NCBI GenBank assembly: GCA_965202665.1
Contig: OZ241841.1
Span: 1,376,001 to 1,440,000, forward strand
Direction of reading: 5' to 3'
From: Candidatus Spongiisociaceae bacterium
Lineage (GTDB): Bacteria > Actinomycetota > Acidimicrobiia > Spongiisociales > Spongiisociaceae
Length of the DNA stretch: 64,000 bases
The notes below the pieces were generated by a model, which did no database searches, was not told the origin of the DNA, and was given only the letters and a program-made list of their open reading frames with translations. A program made the position numbers and the translations under genes. Position 1 is the stretch's first letter. Each line of letters starts with the position of its first letter. Below are positions 17,732-27,018 of the stretch, in pieces.

Positions 17732-17793
17732 ATCGCGCCGGGCGGCGTGGGGGGCGGTCGGGGCGACTCGCGTTCTCCGGTAGAATGCGGCGG

Positions 17794-19380
17794 ATGGGCT
17801 TTGAATGGTGGCAGGAGGCTGTCTTCTACCAGATCTATCCCCGTAGTTTCATGGACTCGGACGGGGACGGGATCGGCGATCTGGCGGGCATCACCGCCCG
17901 GCTGGACTATCTGGCCGGGACGTTGGGGGTGGACGCCATCTGGATTTCACCCTTCTATCCGTCGCCGATGGCCGACTTCGGATACGACGTTTCCAACTAC
18001 GTGGATGTGGACCCCCTGTTCGGTTCCCTGGACGACTTCGACGCCCTGATGGGGGCCGCCCGCGAGCGGGGCGTGAAAGTGGTGATCGACTGGGTTCCCA
18101 ACCATTCCTCGGAACAGCACCCCTGGTTTCTGGAATCCCGTTCCTCCCGCGCCAACCCCAAGCGGCATTGGTACATCTGGCGGGACCCCGCCCCGGACGG
18201 GTCGGAGCCCAACAACTGGGCTTCCATCTTCGGGGGCCCCGCTTGGGAATACGACCGGGCCACCGGGCAGTACTACATGCACACTTTCCTGGCCGAGCAG
18301 CCCGACATCAACTGGCGCAACCCGGAAGCCAAAGCGGCCATGCTGGACACGTTGCGGTTCTGGTTGGAGCGGGGAGTGGACGGGTTCCGTTTGGACGCCT
18401 GCCACTATTCCATGAAAGACCCCGAATTTCGGGACAACCCGGTGCTGCCGGAGGCCCGCCGCGGCTACAAGGCGCTGGGGGATTACGACCGGTTGGAGCA
18501 CCTCTACGACCGCAACCATCCTGACATCCATCCCCTGTTCCGGGAGATCCGGGCCCTGCTGGACGAATACTCGGCGGAGCGCCCCCGGTTCTCCATCGGG
18601 GAAATCCACTTGGACTGGGACGAATGGGCGGTTTTCTACGGGGACGGCGACGAATTGCATATGCCTTTCAACTTCGCCCTGGTGGGCGGCGACCTGACCG
18701 CCGACCGGGCCCGGGAGGTGGTGGAAGCCCAGGAGGGGATCATTCCGCCCGGGGCTTGGCCCAACTATGTGCTGGGCAACCACGACGAGCCCCGCATCGC
18801 CACCCGCCTCGGCCCCGGCCGGGCCCGGCTGGGAACGATGATGCTGCTCACCTTGCGCGGCACGCCCACTTTGTATTACGGAGACGAATTGGGAATGGAG
18901 CAGGCCGACATCCCGCCCGAAGAACAGCAGGACCCGTGGGGGAGGCGCATGCCCGGCCTGGGGAGGGACGGATGCCGCACCCCCATGCAGTGGCAACCCG
19001 GCCGGGGGGCGGGGTTCACCGACGGCCGCCCCTGGCTGGCCCCTTTGGACCCGGACGGGACGCTCAACGTGCAGGCCCAACTGGACGACCCCAATTCCAC
19101 CCTTAACTTCACCCGCCGCCTGCTGGCACTCCGCAAGCGGTCGGCCGCCCTGCGCCGGGGGTCATACCAAACTTTGCCGGACCAGGACGAGGGGATGTTC
19201 GCCTACCGGCGCGCCCACGGCCCGGAAACGGTGGAGGTTTACCTGAATCTGGGTGACCGCCCGGCGGCCATCAACGCCCGGGGCAAAGTCCTAGCCGCCT
19301 CCTCGCTCTCCGCCCCCGCTTCCCTCACCGGCGCCGCCCAACTCCCCCCCGTACAGGGCCTGGTAATCCAACCCGCCTAA
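17794..19380 (+). CDS. GH13 alpha-glucosidase
   Basis: WWQEAVFYQIYPRSF, DFGYDVSNY, GVDGFRLDA, LGNHDEPR, GRDGCRTPMQW; TAGAAT 7 nt before ATG 17794. Confidence 0.92.
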   Translation: MGFEWWQEAVFYQIYPRSFMDSDGDGIGDLAGITARLDYLAGTLGVDAIWISPFYPSPMADFGYDVSNYVDVDPLFGSLDDFDALMGAARERGVKVVIDWVPNHSSEQHPWFLESRSSRANPKRHWYIWRDPAPDGSEPNNWASIFGGPAWEYDRATGQYYMHTFLAEQPDINWRNPEAKAAMLDTLRFWLERGVDGFRLDACHYSMKDPEFRDNPVLPEARRGYKALGDYDRLEHLYDRNHPDIHPLFREIRALLDEYSAERPRFSIGEIHLDWDEWAVFYGDGDELHMPFNFALVGGDLTADRAREVVEAQEGIIPPGAWPNYVLGNHDEPRIATRLGPGRARLGTMMLLTLRGTPTLYYGDELGMEQADIPPEEQQDPWGRRMPGLGRDGCRTPMQWQPGRGAGFTDGRPWLAPLDPDGTLNVQAQLDDPNSTLNFTRRLLALRKRSAALRRGSYQTLPDQDEGMFAYRRAHGPETVEVYLNLGDRPAAINARGKVLAASSLSAPASLTGAAQLPPVQGLVIQPA

Positions 19381-19419
19381 CGAGCCGGCAGACCGACACA
19401 GAAAAGGTAAGGTTCAATA

Positions 19420-20760
19420 ATGGCTATACCTATTCGGCTGTTTATTAGCGGCGTCCAGAAGGAGCTCGCTGAGGAGCGCGCGCGGGTTCGGGATTTCCTG
19501 CGGGAAGATGCCCTTATGCGAAGGTTCTTTGATGTTTTCATGTTTGAAGACACTCCTGCATCGGACCGGATTCCCAAAGATATTTACCTAGAGGAGGTCG
19601 AACGGTGTGAGATATATTTAGGGCTGTTTGGCCTCGATTATGGTTCTGAAGATGATGAAGGCCTGTCGCCAACGGAGCGGGAGTATGATAAAGCTACCGA
19701 GATGGTCGTTCCCCGCCTTATTTTTGTTAAAGGAACAGATGATGATATACGTCATCCCAAAATGCGGTCTTTGATTGGCAAAGCTCAGGAAGGTTTGATT
19801 CGGAAGCGGTTCAATTCTACGGAAGAGCTAATAACAGGTGTTTATGCGGCATTAATAGAATATTTAGACAGAAAAGAATATATCAGGTTCGGGCCTTTTG
19901 ACGCAACGCCTTGCCGCGATGCCGAATTGGACGATCTCGATTTTAGCTTGATACCCCAGTTTATTCGTACAGCTAGACGCGCTCGAGATTTTCCTTTGCC
20001 GGAAGACGCCTCGCCGCAGGCATTGCTGACGCATTTGAACTTGCTGTACAAAGGGCGGCCTACTAATGCCGCAATGTTGTTGTTTGGCAAAACGCCGCAA
20101 CGGTTTCTGGTTTCTTCCGAAATAAAATGCGCCCACTTTCATGGCATCCATGTTACTGAACCTATTCCCTATTATCAGGTGTATAAAGGTACGGTATTTC
20201 AGTTGATTGACCAGGCAGTGGGTTTTGTGCTCAGCAAAATAGCCATATCGGTGGGGACGCGGGCGGAGAGCGTGCAGGCCCCCGTGACATGTGAGATTCC
20301 TAAAGGAGTCATAACTGAAGCGGTAGTTAACGCAGTTGCGCACCGTGACTATACGAGCAACGGAAGCGTCCAGGTAATGTTATTTTCCGATCGATTGGAA
20401 GTGAGGAGCCCCGGTGGATTGTCGCCTAGGTTAACCCTTGAACAATTACGCGTTCCGCACAACTCGGTGCGCAGAAACCCCCTGTTAGCGCAAGGCTTGT
20501 ATCTTGCTGAATACATTGAGCGGATGGGTACCGGCACGTTGGATATGATCAGCTGGTGCGCGGAGGCGGGACTGTCGGAGCCGGAATTCGCGGTAACCGA
20601 CGGGTTTGTCACCACCATCCGCAGAATGCCTTGGGATGTTTGGGTCGCCCGGCAGACCGGGCAACCGCCCCGGTCGCGCCTCCGCCCCCCGGCATATCCG
20701 CCCCCCAAAGAGATGGAGGTCAAGCTGGGGTCAAGCTGGGGTCAAGCTGTTATCAGGTGA
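19420..20760 (+). CDS. DUF4062 plus RecG-C/HATPase-like protein; its C-terminal wHTH is split off by a repeat frameshift
   Basis: LFISGVQKELAEER, SPTEREY, EAVVNAVAHRDY, RNPLLA, IERMGTG. Confidence 0.8.
   Translation: MAIPIRLFISGVQKELAEERARVRDFLREDALMRRFFDVFMFEDTPASDRIPKDIYLEEVERCEIYLGLFGLDYGSEDDEGLSPTEREYDKATEMVVPRLIFVKGTDDDIRHPKMRSLIGKAQEGLIRKRFNSTEELITGVYAALIEYLDRKEYIRFGPFDATPCRDAELDDLDFSLIPQFIRTARRARDFPLPEDASPQALLTHLNLLYKGRPTNAAMLLFGKTPQRFLVSSEIKCAHFHGIHVTEPIPYYQVYKGTVFQLIDQAVGFVLSKIAISVGTRAESVQAPVTCEIPKGVITEAVVNAVAHRDYTSNGSVQVMLFSDRLEVRSPGGLSPRLTLEQLRVPHNSVRRNPLLAQGLYLAEYIERMGTGTLDMISWCAEAGLSEPEFAVTDGFVTTIRRMPWDVWVARQTGQPPRSRLRPPAYPPPKEMEVKLGSSWGQAVIR
20718..20749 (+). repeat. Three tandem copies of the 11-mer GGTCAAGCTGG (third copy 10 nt)
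   Basis: Copies start at 20718, 20729 and 20740. Confidence 0.92.
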
Positions 20761-20992
20761 AGAATTGGCGCTGTTGCGAGTTTGCGAACAAGGTGCTGTG
20801 TCAAGAGCTAAAATGTTGCAGGCGGCGGGCTTTTCACGCCGGGCGGGTAATTTGAGCAGACGGATAGAACGGCTTATGAAGGAAGAATTTTTGGAGAGGA
20901 CCATCCCTGAGAAGCCGACCAGCCCGTTGCAGAAGTATCGGCTCACGGATAAAGGACGGGCCGTGCTGGCCATCCCCGAGTTAACGGAATAA
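20741..20992 (+). pseudogene. Out-of-frame C-terminal wHTH belonging to the 19420 gene
   Basis: LERTIPEKPTSPLQKYRLTDKG is the typical tail of this family; in frame with 19420 when the repeat has 1 or 4 copies. Confidence 0.72.
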
Positions 20993-21027
20993 CAGGTTAT
21001 TCACGCTGTCTTCCCTATTATCGGCGG

Positions 21028-22113
21028 ATGAGCGCTCCCATACGCTACGGGGTTGTCGGGGCCGGGATGATGGGCCGCGAGCATATCGGCAATCTGGCCG
21101 CGTTGGACGGAGCGGTTCTGACCGCTTTGGCCGATCCGCATCCCCCCTCCCTGGAAGAGGCCCTGGCGGTCGCGCCCCCGCTTAAACCAGCCTTGTTCGC
21201 CACCCATGCCGAACTGGCCGGCTCCGGCCTGTGCGATGCGGTAGTGGTCGCCTCCCCCAACCACACCCACTTCCCGGTGCTCTCCGATTTGCTCCCCACC
21301 GGCCTGCACCTGCTGGTGGAAAAACCTTTGGGTATAACGGTGGAGGAATGCCTGAAAGTGCGGGAGGCGGCCCGGGGGAGGGAGGCGTTGGTGTGGGTGG
21401 GGATGGAATACCGCTACATGCCCGCCATCGCCCGCCTCATCCGGGAAACCGACCGCGGCGCGGCGGGAGACCTGAAAATGCTGACCATCCGCGAGCACCG
21501 CTTCCCGTTTCTGCCCAAAGTGGGGGATTGGAACCGGTTCAAAGCCAACACCGGCGGCACGCTGGTGGAAAAATGCTGCCACCATTTCGACCTGATGAAT
21601 CGCATTCTGGGGGACAAGCCGACGGCGGTGTTCGCCTCCGGCAACCAAGCCGTCAACCATTTGGACGAACGATACGGGGGGCGCGTCCCAGACATTTTGG
21701 ACAACGCCTACGTCATCCTGGACTACCCGGGAGGGCGGCGGGCCATGCTGGACCTATGCATGTTCGCCGAAGGGGGGAGCCACCAGGAAGAAGTAACCGC
21801 GGTCGGCGATCGGGGAAAAATCGAGGCCCACATTCCCTCCAACGAAGTCTCCATCGGGGGGAGGGGCGAACCCTGGTTTTCCCCCCGCATCGAAAAAGCG
21901 ACCGACCCCCGTATCAAATATCAGGGCCACCATCACGGGGCCTCCTACCTTGAGCACCTCCACTTCCGGGACGCCGTCCTCGGTAACGGCGGCGGCCAGC
22001 GGGTGTCGGTGGAAGACGGATTGTGGGCGGTGGCGATGGGAGCGGCCGCCCACCTTTCCATCACGGAAGGAAGGCCGGTGCGGATGGACGAAATCCTAAA
22101 CGGCGGCCCCTAA
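21028..22113 (+). CDS. Gfo/Idh/MocA oxidoreductase (inositol-dehydrogenase-like)
   Basis: GVVGAGMMG, SPNHTH, LVEKP, EKCCHHFD. Confidence 0.88.
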   Translation: MSAPIRYGVVGAGMMGREHIGNLAALDGAVLTALADPHPPSLEEALAVAPPLKPALFATHAELAGSGLCDAVVVASPNHTHFPVLSDLLPTGLHLLVEKPLGITVEECLKVREAARGREALVWVGMEYRYMPAIARLIRETDRGAAGDLKMLTIREHRFPFLPKVGDWNRFKANTGGTLVEKCCHHFDLMNRILGDKPTAVFASGNQAVNHLDERYGGRVPDILDNAYVILDYPGGRRAMLDLCMFAEGGSHQEEVTAVGDRGKIEAHIPSNEVSIGGRGEPWFSPRIEKATDPRIKYQGHHHGASYLEHLHFRDAVLGNGGGQRVSVEDGLWAVAMGAAAHLSITEGRPVRMDEILNGGP

Positions 22114-22141
22114 ACCCAAGCCGGGGCGCCCCCCCGGGGGA

Positions 22142-23095
22142 TCAGCCTTTGACCGAGCCGGCCAGGATGCCGGTCACGAAATAACGTTGCAGGCCGAAGA
22201 ACACGGCGATGGGCAGCACCGCCGACAGGAAAGCCCCGGCGGTCAGCAGATGCTCCGCTTGCCCGAACTCCCCGGACAGGGAGGCGATGCGGGCGGTGGC
22301 CGGATAGTTCTCCCCGACCGCCCCCAGCATGGTGACAGCGATCAGATAGTCGTTGTAGGTCCACAAAAACTGGAAGATGGCGAAGGCGGCCAGCACCGGC
22401 ACCGACAGGGGCAGCACCAGCCGCCAGAACACTTTGAAATGATCGGCCCCGTCGATCACCGCCGACTCGAAAATGTCCTTGGGCAGGGAACTGATGTAGT
22501 TGTGCAACAGGAAGATGGCGAACGGCAGGGCGAACCCGGTGTGGGTGAGCCACACCGAAGCCACCCCGCCCGCCAGGTCCAAATCGGGAAACAGGGTGAG
22601 CGTCTTGTCCAAGAAGGGAATGGTGAAGGTCCCCCCTCCGGTGTACAGCCGCAACAGGGGAATGAGCGACATCTGGGTGGGGATGGCCAGCAGCGACACG
22701 GTGGCGATGAATAGCCACTCCCGTCCTTTGAAATCGATCCAGGCGAAAGCGTAGGCGGCGAAAGCGGCGATGGCGATGGGGATGACGGTGGCGGGCAGGG
22801 CGATGGCGATGGAACTGAGCAACGCCCGCCACATCCCCCCCTGCGAGCCCGCCGCCAGGATGTCCGCGTAGTTTTCCAAGGTGAAATCCTCCCACCGCAG
22901 GTTCCACCAGCCGGTGGTGCGTTGGGCGTTGCGGATGCGGAAGGAGTTGATGAACAGCCCCAGGGTGGGGATGGTCCACAGCACCACCAGCAACCACAGC
23001 GCCCAGGTGGGGATGGAGCGCAAAAACCCGTAGATGCGCCGACCCAGGCCGGGTCCCGGCCCTCCGGGTCCGGGGAGGCCGCGGAGGGCGGTCAT
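22142..23095 (-). CDS. Carbohydrate ABC transporter permease (AglG/MalG-like)
   Basis: EAA-loop variant IFESAVIDGA, FQFLWTYND, FVTGILAGSVKG; ATGA overlap at 23092-23095. Confidence 0.9.
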   Translation of the reverse strand: MTALRGLPGPGGPGPGLGRRIYGFLRSIPTWALWLLVVLWTIPTLGLFINSFRIRNAQRTTGWWNLRWEDFTLENYADILAAGSQGGMWRALLSSIAIALPATVIPIAIAAFAAYAFAWIDFKGREWLFIATVSLLAIPTQMSLIPLLRLYTGGGTFTIPFLDKTLTLFPDLDLAGGVASVWLTHTGFALPFAIFLLHNYISSLPKDIFESAVIDGADHFKVFWRLVLPLSVPVLAAFAIFQFLWTYNDYLIAVTMLGAVGENYPATARIASLSGEFGQAEHLLTAGAFLSAVLPIAVFFGLQRYFVTGILAGSVKG

Positions 23096-25188
23096 CCGCC
23101 CGCCGCCTTCTGCATGCGCCGAATGTTCAAATAGAGGATGGGCAGCACCGCCGCGAACAGCACCACCGCCAGGGCGGAACCCAGGCCGAAGTTGAGTTCG
23201 GTGAAGGCCCGTTGCCACATTTCGTTGGCGATCACCTGCGTGTCGAAGTTGCCGTTGGTCATCACTTTCACGATGTCGAACACTTTCATCACCAGCACGA
23301 TGAGGGTGGTAACCACCACTCCGATGGTGGGGGCGATCTGGGGCACCGTCACCCGCCAGAAAGTTTGCGACTCGGTGGCCCCATCCACCCGGGCCGCCTC
23401 AATCAGTTCGGCGGGCACCGCTTTGATGGCGGCCGAGAAGATGACCATGCTGAAGCCGGTTTGAATCCAGATCAGCACCAGCATCAGCCACATGTTGTTG
23501 AACGGGGTTTCCTGAACGAACAGCACCGTGTCGGCTATCAGCTCCCCGTTCGCCGATTCCGTCACCCCGCCGATTCCCCGCAACACCGCAAAAGCGAACC
23601 ACAAAAAAGGCAGGGCGCACACCGCCGCCCCGGAGGCGATGGCCCGTTCCCCGGCCCCCCAGGCCCGCACCGCCAGCCATATCAGCAACAAGGCCAAGGC
23701 GGTAACGATGATCACCGCCACCGTGCGGGCGGCCGGGTTGGCGGAAAGGCGCCCCAGCCCCACCCACAGCGCATTCAGGAACCCGGTCTGTTCGCGGGAA
23801 GGGTCCCGGGCCAGGTACATGAACCGCCAGATGATGCCCGCCCCCACGAAGGAGATGGCCATGGGCATGAAAATGAGCGATTTGGCGATGGACTCGTTTT
23901 TGGCCCGGTCGGCCAGCACCGCGATGGCCAGCCCGGCGGCGGTGGTGACGAGGGTGACGGTCAGCACCCACCACAGGTTGTTGAACAGGGTTCCCCGCAG
24001 GGCGGCGAAGGCGGCCATGCACACCAGGAACAGGCCCAGCACGGTGGCCCCGCCCGCCCCGGGGGTGAAAGTGGCCCTGTAACCGGAGCGGCGTCCTATG
24101 ACCACGGCTGCTACCGTTCCGATGACGGCGATCACCGCCCCCGCCCAGAACAGGCGGCTCCCGAAAATCCCCGCCCAGCCGGAAACGTCCACCGAGTTGG
24201 CGCTGGTGAAAATGCTTGAATAGTTGGCGAACCCCACCGGTTCTTCCCCCCGCGGGTCGTAGAAGGATAGAAACAGGGTGCGCAAAGTGGGGTAGATGAG
24301 GGTTCCGCCGATGAAGATGAGGGCGGGGGTTATGAAAATGTAGGAACGGGAGGAGGCTTCCAGCCGGGTGCGGGCGTTCACGTCCGGGATCGGTTTCAAG
24401 CCCAGGGCGATCCCCGCCCCCAGGCCCACTCCCACCGCGGCCAGCAAAGCCTCCCACGGCTGGCCGGTTCCCAAGTCGGGGACGCCCCAGGCCCCGAGGA
24501 AAAATCCGACGGTGGCCCATCCCGCGATGGAAGCCCAAAGGGACTTGCCGTTTTTGCGCCAGGCCCGCAACAGGTAACCGACCGCCCCGCCGAGCAGGGT
24601 CAGGAGAACCAACAGGCCGTAGTTCAAGTTGGGGAGCACCGGCCACAGCTCCACCGTCCCCTCCTCCAGTTGGAAAACCAGGATCACGCTCCGCATGCCG
24701 GTGGCGGCCAGAATCCCCAGGGCGGCCCCCGTCCCGGCCCCGATCAGCAACCTCCACCATTTGTGCCCCACCACCCCCAGCAGGTAGCCGCCCGCCGCCC
24801 CAACCGCCGCGGCCAGCGCGGTGCGCAACACCGGCTGGTCGATGGCCCGGTTTCCCCACAGCAACAGGAACACGGCCAGGGCCCCGCCTCCGCCCAGCAA
24901 AGCCCGGAACAGGGCCCAGCGGGTGGGGGCCAGGTCGAACAGTTTGTTGGCCCCGATGAACAGCAGGCCGCTGATGAGGATGGAAAGCACGATGCCCCGG
25001 GCGGTGCTTTCCAGTTTCTCCACCGCCGCCGACCCCCACAGGGCGGCCCCGCCGGCCGCCAAACCCAGCGCAACGGCGGCAATGCGGCGCAGGCCGCGCC
25101 CTTTGGCGCCGCCGTTGATCAGGTAGGCGACGCCCAAGGCGACCAAAGCCGCCATCAGCAGGTTCACCGCCCAGTTGAAAATTGCCAA
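23092..25188 (-). CDS. Carbohydrate ABC transporter permease (AglF/MalF-like) with a long N-terminal membrane extension
   Basis: IEAARVDGA, FMPMAISFVGA, MKVFDIVKVMTNG; 698 aa. Confidence 0.88.
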   Translation of the reverse strand: MAIFNWAVNLLMAALVALGVAYLINGGAKGRGLRRIAAVALGLAAGGAALWGSAAVEKLESTARGIVLSILISGLLFIGANKLFDLAPTRWALFRALLGGGGALAVFLLLWGNRAIDQPVLRTALAAAVGAAGGYLLGVVGHKWWRLLIGAGTGAALGILAATGMRSVILVFQLEEGTVELWPVLPNLNYGLLVLLTLLGGAVGYLLRAWRKNGKSLWASIAGWATVGFFLGAWGVPDLGTGQPWEALLAAVGVGLGAGIALGLKPIPDVNARTRLEASSRSYIFITPALIFIGGTLIYPTLRTLFLSFYDPRGEEPVGFANYSSIFTSANSVDVSGWAGIFGSRLFWAGAVIAVIGTVAAVVIGRRSGYRATFTPGAGGATVLGLFLVCMAAFAALRGTLFNNLWWVLTVTLVTTAAGLAIAVLADRAKNESIAKSLIFMPMAISFVGAGIIWRFMYLARDPSREQTGFLNALWVGLGRLSANPAARTVAVIIVTALALLLIWLAVRAWGAGERAIASGAAVCALPFLWFAFAVLRGIGGVTESANGELIADTVLFVQETPFNNMWLMLVLIWIQTGFSMVIFSAAIKAVPAELIEAARVDGATESQTFWRVTVPQIAPTIGVVVTTLIVLVMKVFDIVKVMTNGNFDTQVIANEMWQRAFTELNFGLGSALAVVLFAAVLPILYLNIRRMQKAAGG

Positions 25189-25253
25189 GCCGCCTCCTCG
25201 GACATCCCTCTTCGGGCATCAACCCTACCCGGCTAAAACCGGGCGGGGGGGAG

Positions 25254-25291
25254 AAAAAGGGGGTTCGGCGGGTGGAGGCCCGCCGAACCCC
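25254..25291 (-). terminator. Intrinsic terminator or mRNA-stabilising hairpin after the substrate-binding gene
   Basis: 13-bp perfect stem GGGGTTCGGCGGG/CCCGCCGAACCCC with 6-nt loop, followed by a T5 run on the minus strand. Confidence 0.8.
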
Positions 25292-25301
25292 GAATGTAGG
25301 C

Positions 25302-26744
25302 CTAGCTGGCGGGCCAGGATTCTTCGATGGCGGTGGTGGCTTCTTCGGCTGTTTTGTCGCCGTTGACGGCGCTGGTGGCTTCGGTCCAGAAGGTGCCTGC
25401 TCCTACCGCGGAGGGCATCAGGTCGGATGCGTCGAAGCGTACGACTTCGGCGTTGAACAGGATGTCCAGGAAGGATTGTTCCAGCGGCTGGTACAGTTCC
25501 AGGTTGGCGTTGCGGTTGGGCGACAGGAAGCCGCTCAGCACCGGGTCGTCGCTGTCGCCGGCTTTGATGGTGGCTTGGAACCGTTGCCGGTTGTCGGCGT
25601 ATTCCGGTGAAGCGAAGTATTTCATCACTTCCCATACTTCCGGGGCGTCCCGGAAGGCGGCCACCAACGTTCCGGCGCCGAGCACCGGCCGGTCGCCGGT
25701 CACCGACGGGAAGTAGAACACGTCCACTCCCTCCGGGCCGAACGCGGTTCCCTCCGGGAAGAAAGCGGAGAAGAAGGAGGCCTGCCGGTGCATCATGCAT
25801 TCCCCGTTCACCAGCGGCGGGCCGTTGTCCCCGAAGAAGGTGGAGGATATGGATCCGCCTACCGCGAACACCGCGCCGGGGGTGTTCCACAAGTCCAGGA
25901 TTTCCTGCCAGATGGCGTTCATTTCCGGGTTGTTGAAGGGGATGGAATGGTCCACCCACTGGTCGTAATACTCGGCTCCCTGATAACGCAAGGTCAGGTC
26001 CTCCACCCAGTCGGTGAAAGTCCACCCGGTGGCCCCGCCGGATTCGATGCCCACGCACCACGGGGTGTTCCCGTCGGCGATCATCTGGTTGCTCAAAGTT
26101 TTCAGTTCCTCCCAAGTTTCGGGAACCTCATAGCCGTTGACCGCGAAATCCGCCGGGCGGTACCACACCAGCGACTTCAAGTCGGCTTTGGTGGGAATGG
26201 CGTACTGCACATCGTCCACGTTCCCGAACGCGTTCCACGCGCCGCCGATGTTGGCTTCCATAGCCTCCACCACGTCATCCGGCAACGGCTGCAGGAAACC
26301 CTCCCGGGCGAAGTCGGCGATCTTCCCCGGCTGCGGGAACACCGCAATATCCGGCGGGTTCCCCCCCGCCGCCTGCGCGTTGATCAAATCAGAGAAACCC
26401 CGCAAACCGGTGTACTCAATATCAATACCGGTCCGGGCCTCCAAATAATCCAAAGCCGCCGACTGCGAACCCCCCTCCGCGTTGGAACTCTCCGGACCAA
26501 ACACCGTCACCGAAGTACCCTCAAACGGATTCTCGGCCTGCACTTCTACTTCCCGGATGACCTCCACCTCCGAGGTTACGGTTTCGATCACCTGCGAAGT
26601 GACCACCACCGTATCGCCGGCGATTTCCCGCTCGACTATGGAAGTGACCACCACCGTCTCCGGCGTGCTCTCGCCGCCGCAGGCGGCCGCCAGCAGTCCC
26701 AGCGCCCCCAAGATCGCCGTTAGGCGAAACATTCGTCCTCGCAT
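25302..26744 (-). CDS. ABC sugar-binding lipoprotein (AglE-like)
   Basis: AAGGAGG RBS, lipobox LAAAC, PPDIAVFPQPG, KSLVWY, PWCVGIESGGATGW, RFDASDLMP. Confidence 0.9.
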   Translation of the reverse strand: MRGRMFRLTAILGALGLLAAACGGESTPETVVVTSIVEREIAGDTVVVTSQVIETVTSEVEVIREVEVQAENPFEGTSVTVFGPESSNAEGGSQSAALDYLEARTGIDIEYTGLRGFSDLINAQAAGGNPPDIAVFPQPGKIADFAREGFLQPLPDDVVEAMEANIGGAWNAFGNVDDVQYAIPTKADLKSLVWYRPADFAVNGYEVPETWEELKTLSNQMIADGNTPWCVGIESGGATGWTFTDWVEDLTLRYQGAEYYDQWVDHSIPFNNPEMNAIWQEILDLWNTPGAVFAVGGSISSTFFGDNGPPLVNGECMMHRQASFFSAFFPEGTAFGPEGVDVFYFPSVTGDRPVLGAGTLVAAFRDAPEVWEVMKYFASPEYADNRQRFQATIKAGDSDDPVLSGFLSPNRNANLELYQPLEQSFLDILFNAEVVRFDASDLMPSAVGAGTFWTEATSAVNGDKTAEEATTAIEESWPAS

Positions 26745-27018
26745 TGCATCCTCCTTAAAACCAGATGGCTTGTCAGTGCGGGCGGGGCGGCCTTGCCAGC
26801 CCGGATGGCCGGGATGGGCCGGGCCTGATGTATTTCCCAGGTTCCGTTCCGGTTGCCTCCGCCCATTCCGCGGGACGAACGGGCGGATGACCTCGTTCGT
26901 CCATCGGAAACACATATAGCTAGTCGGATATTTGAAAAAGCGCAATTCGGCGGGGGAAAATTATCCCCCTGTTTCCGCTATAATAGGGGTTTCGCCCCCG
27001 ACTTTGGAGAGTGTCAAA

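Noticed and set aside
26760-27018. SAH riboswitch upstream of ahcY
   Set aside because: TATAAT at 26979 leaves only ~30 nt of leader, and I see no recognisable aptamer motif.
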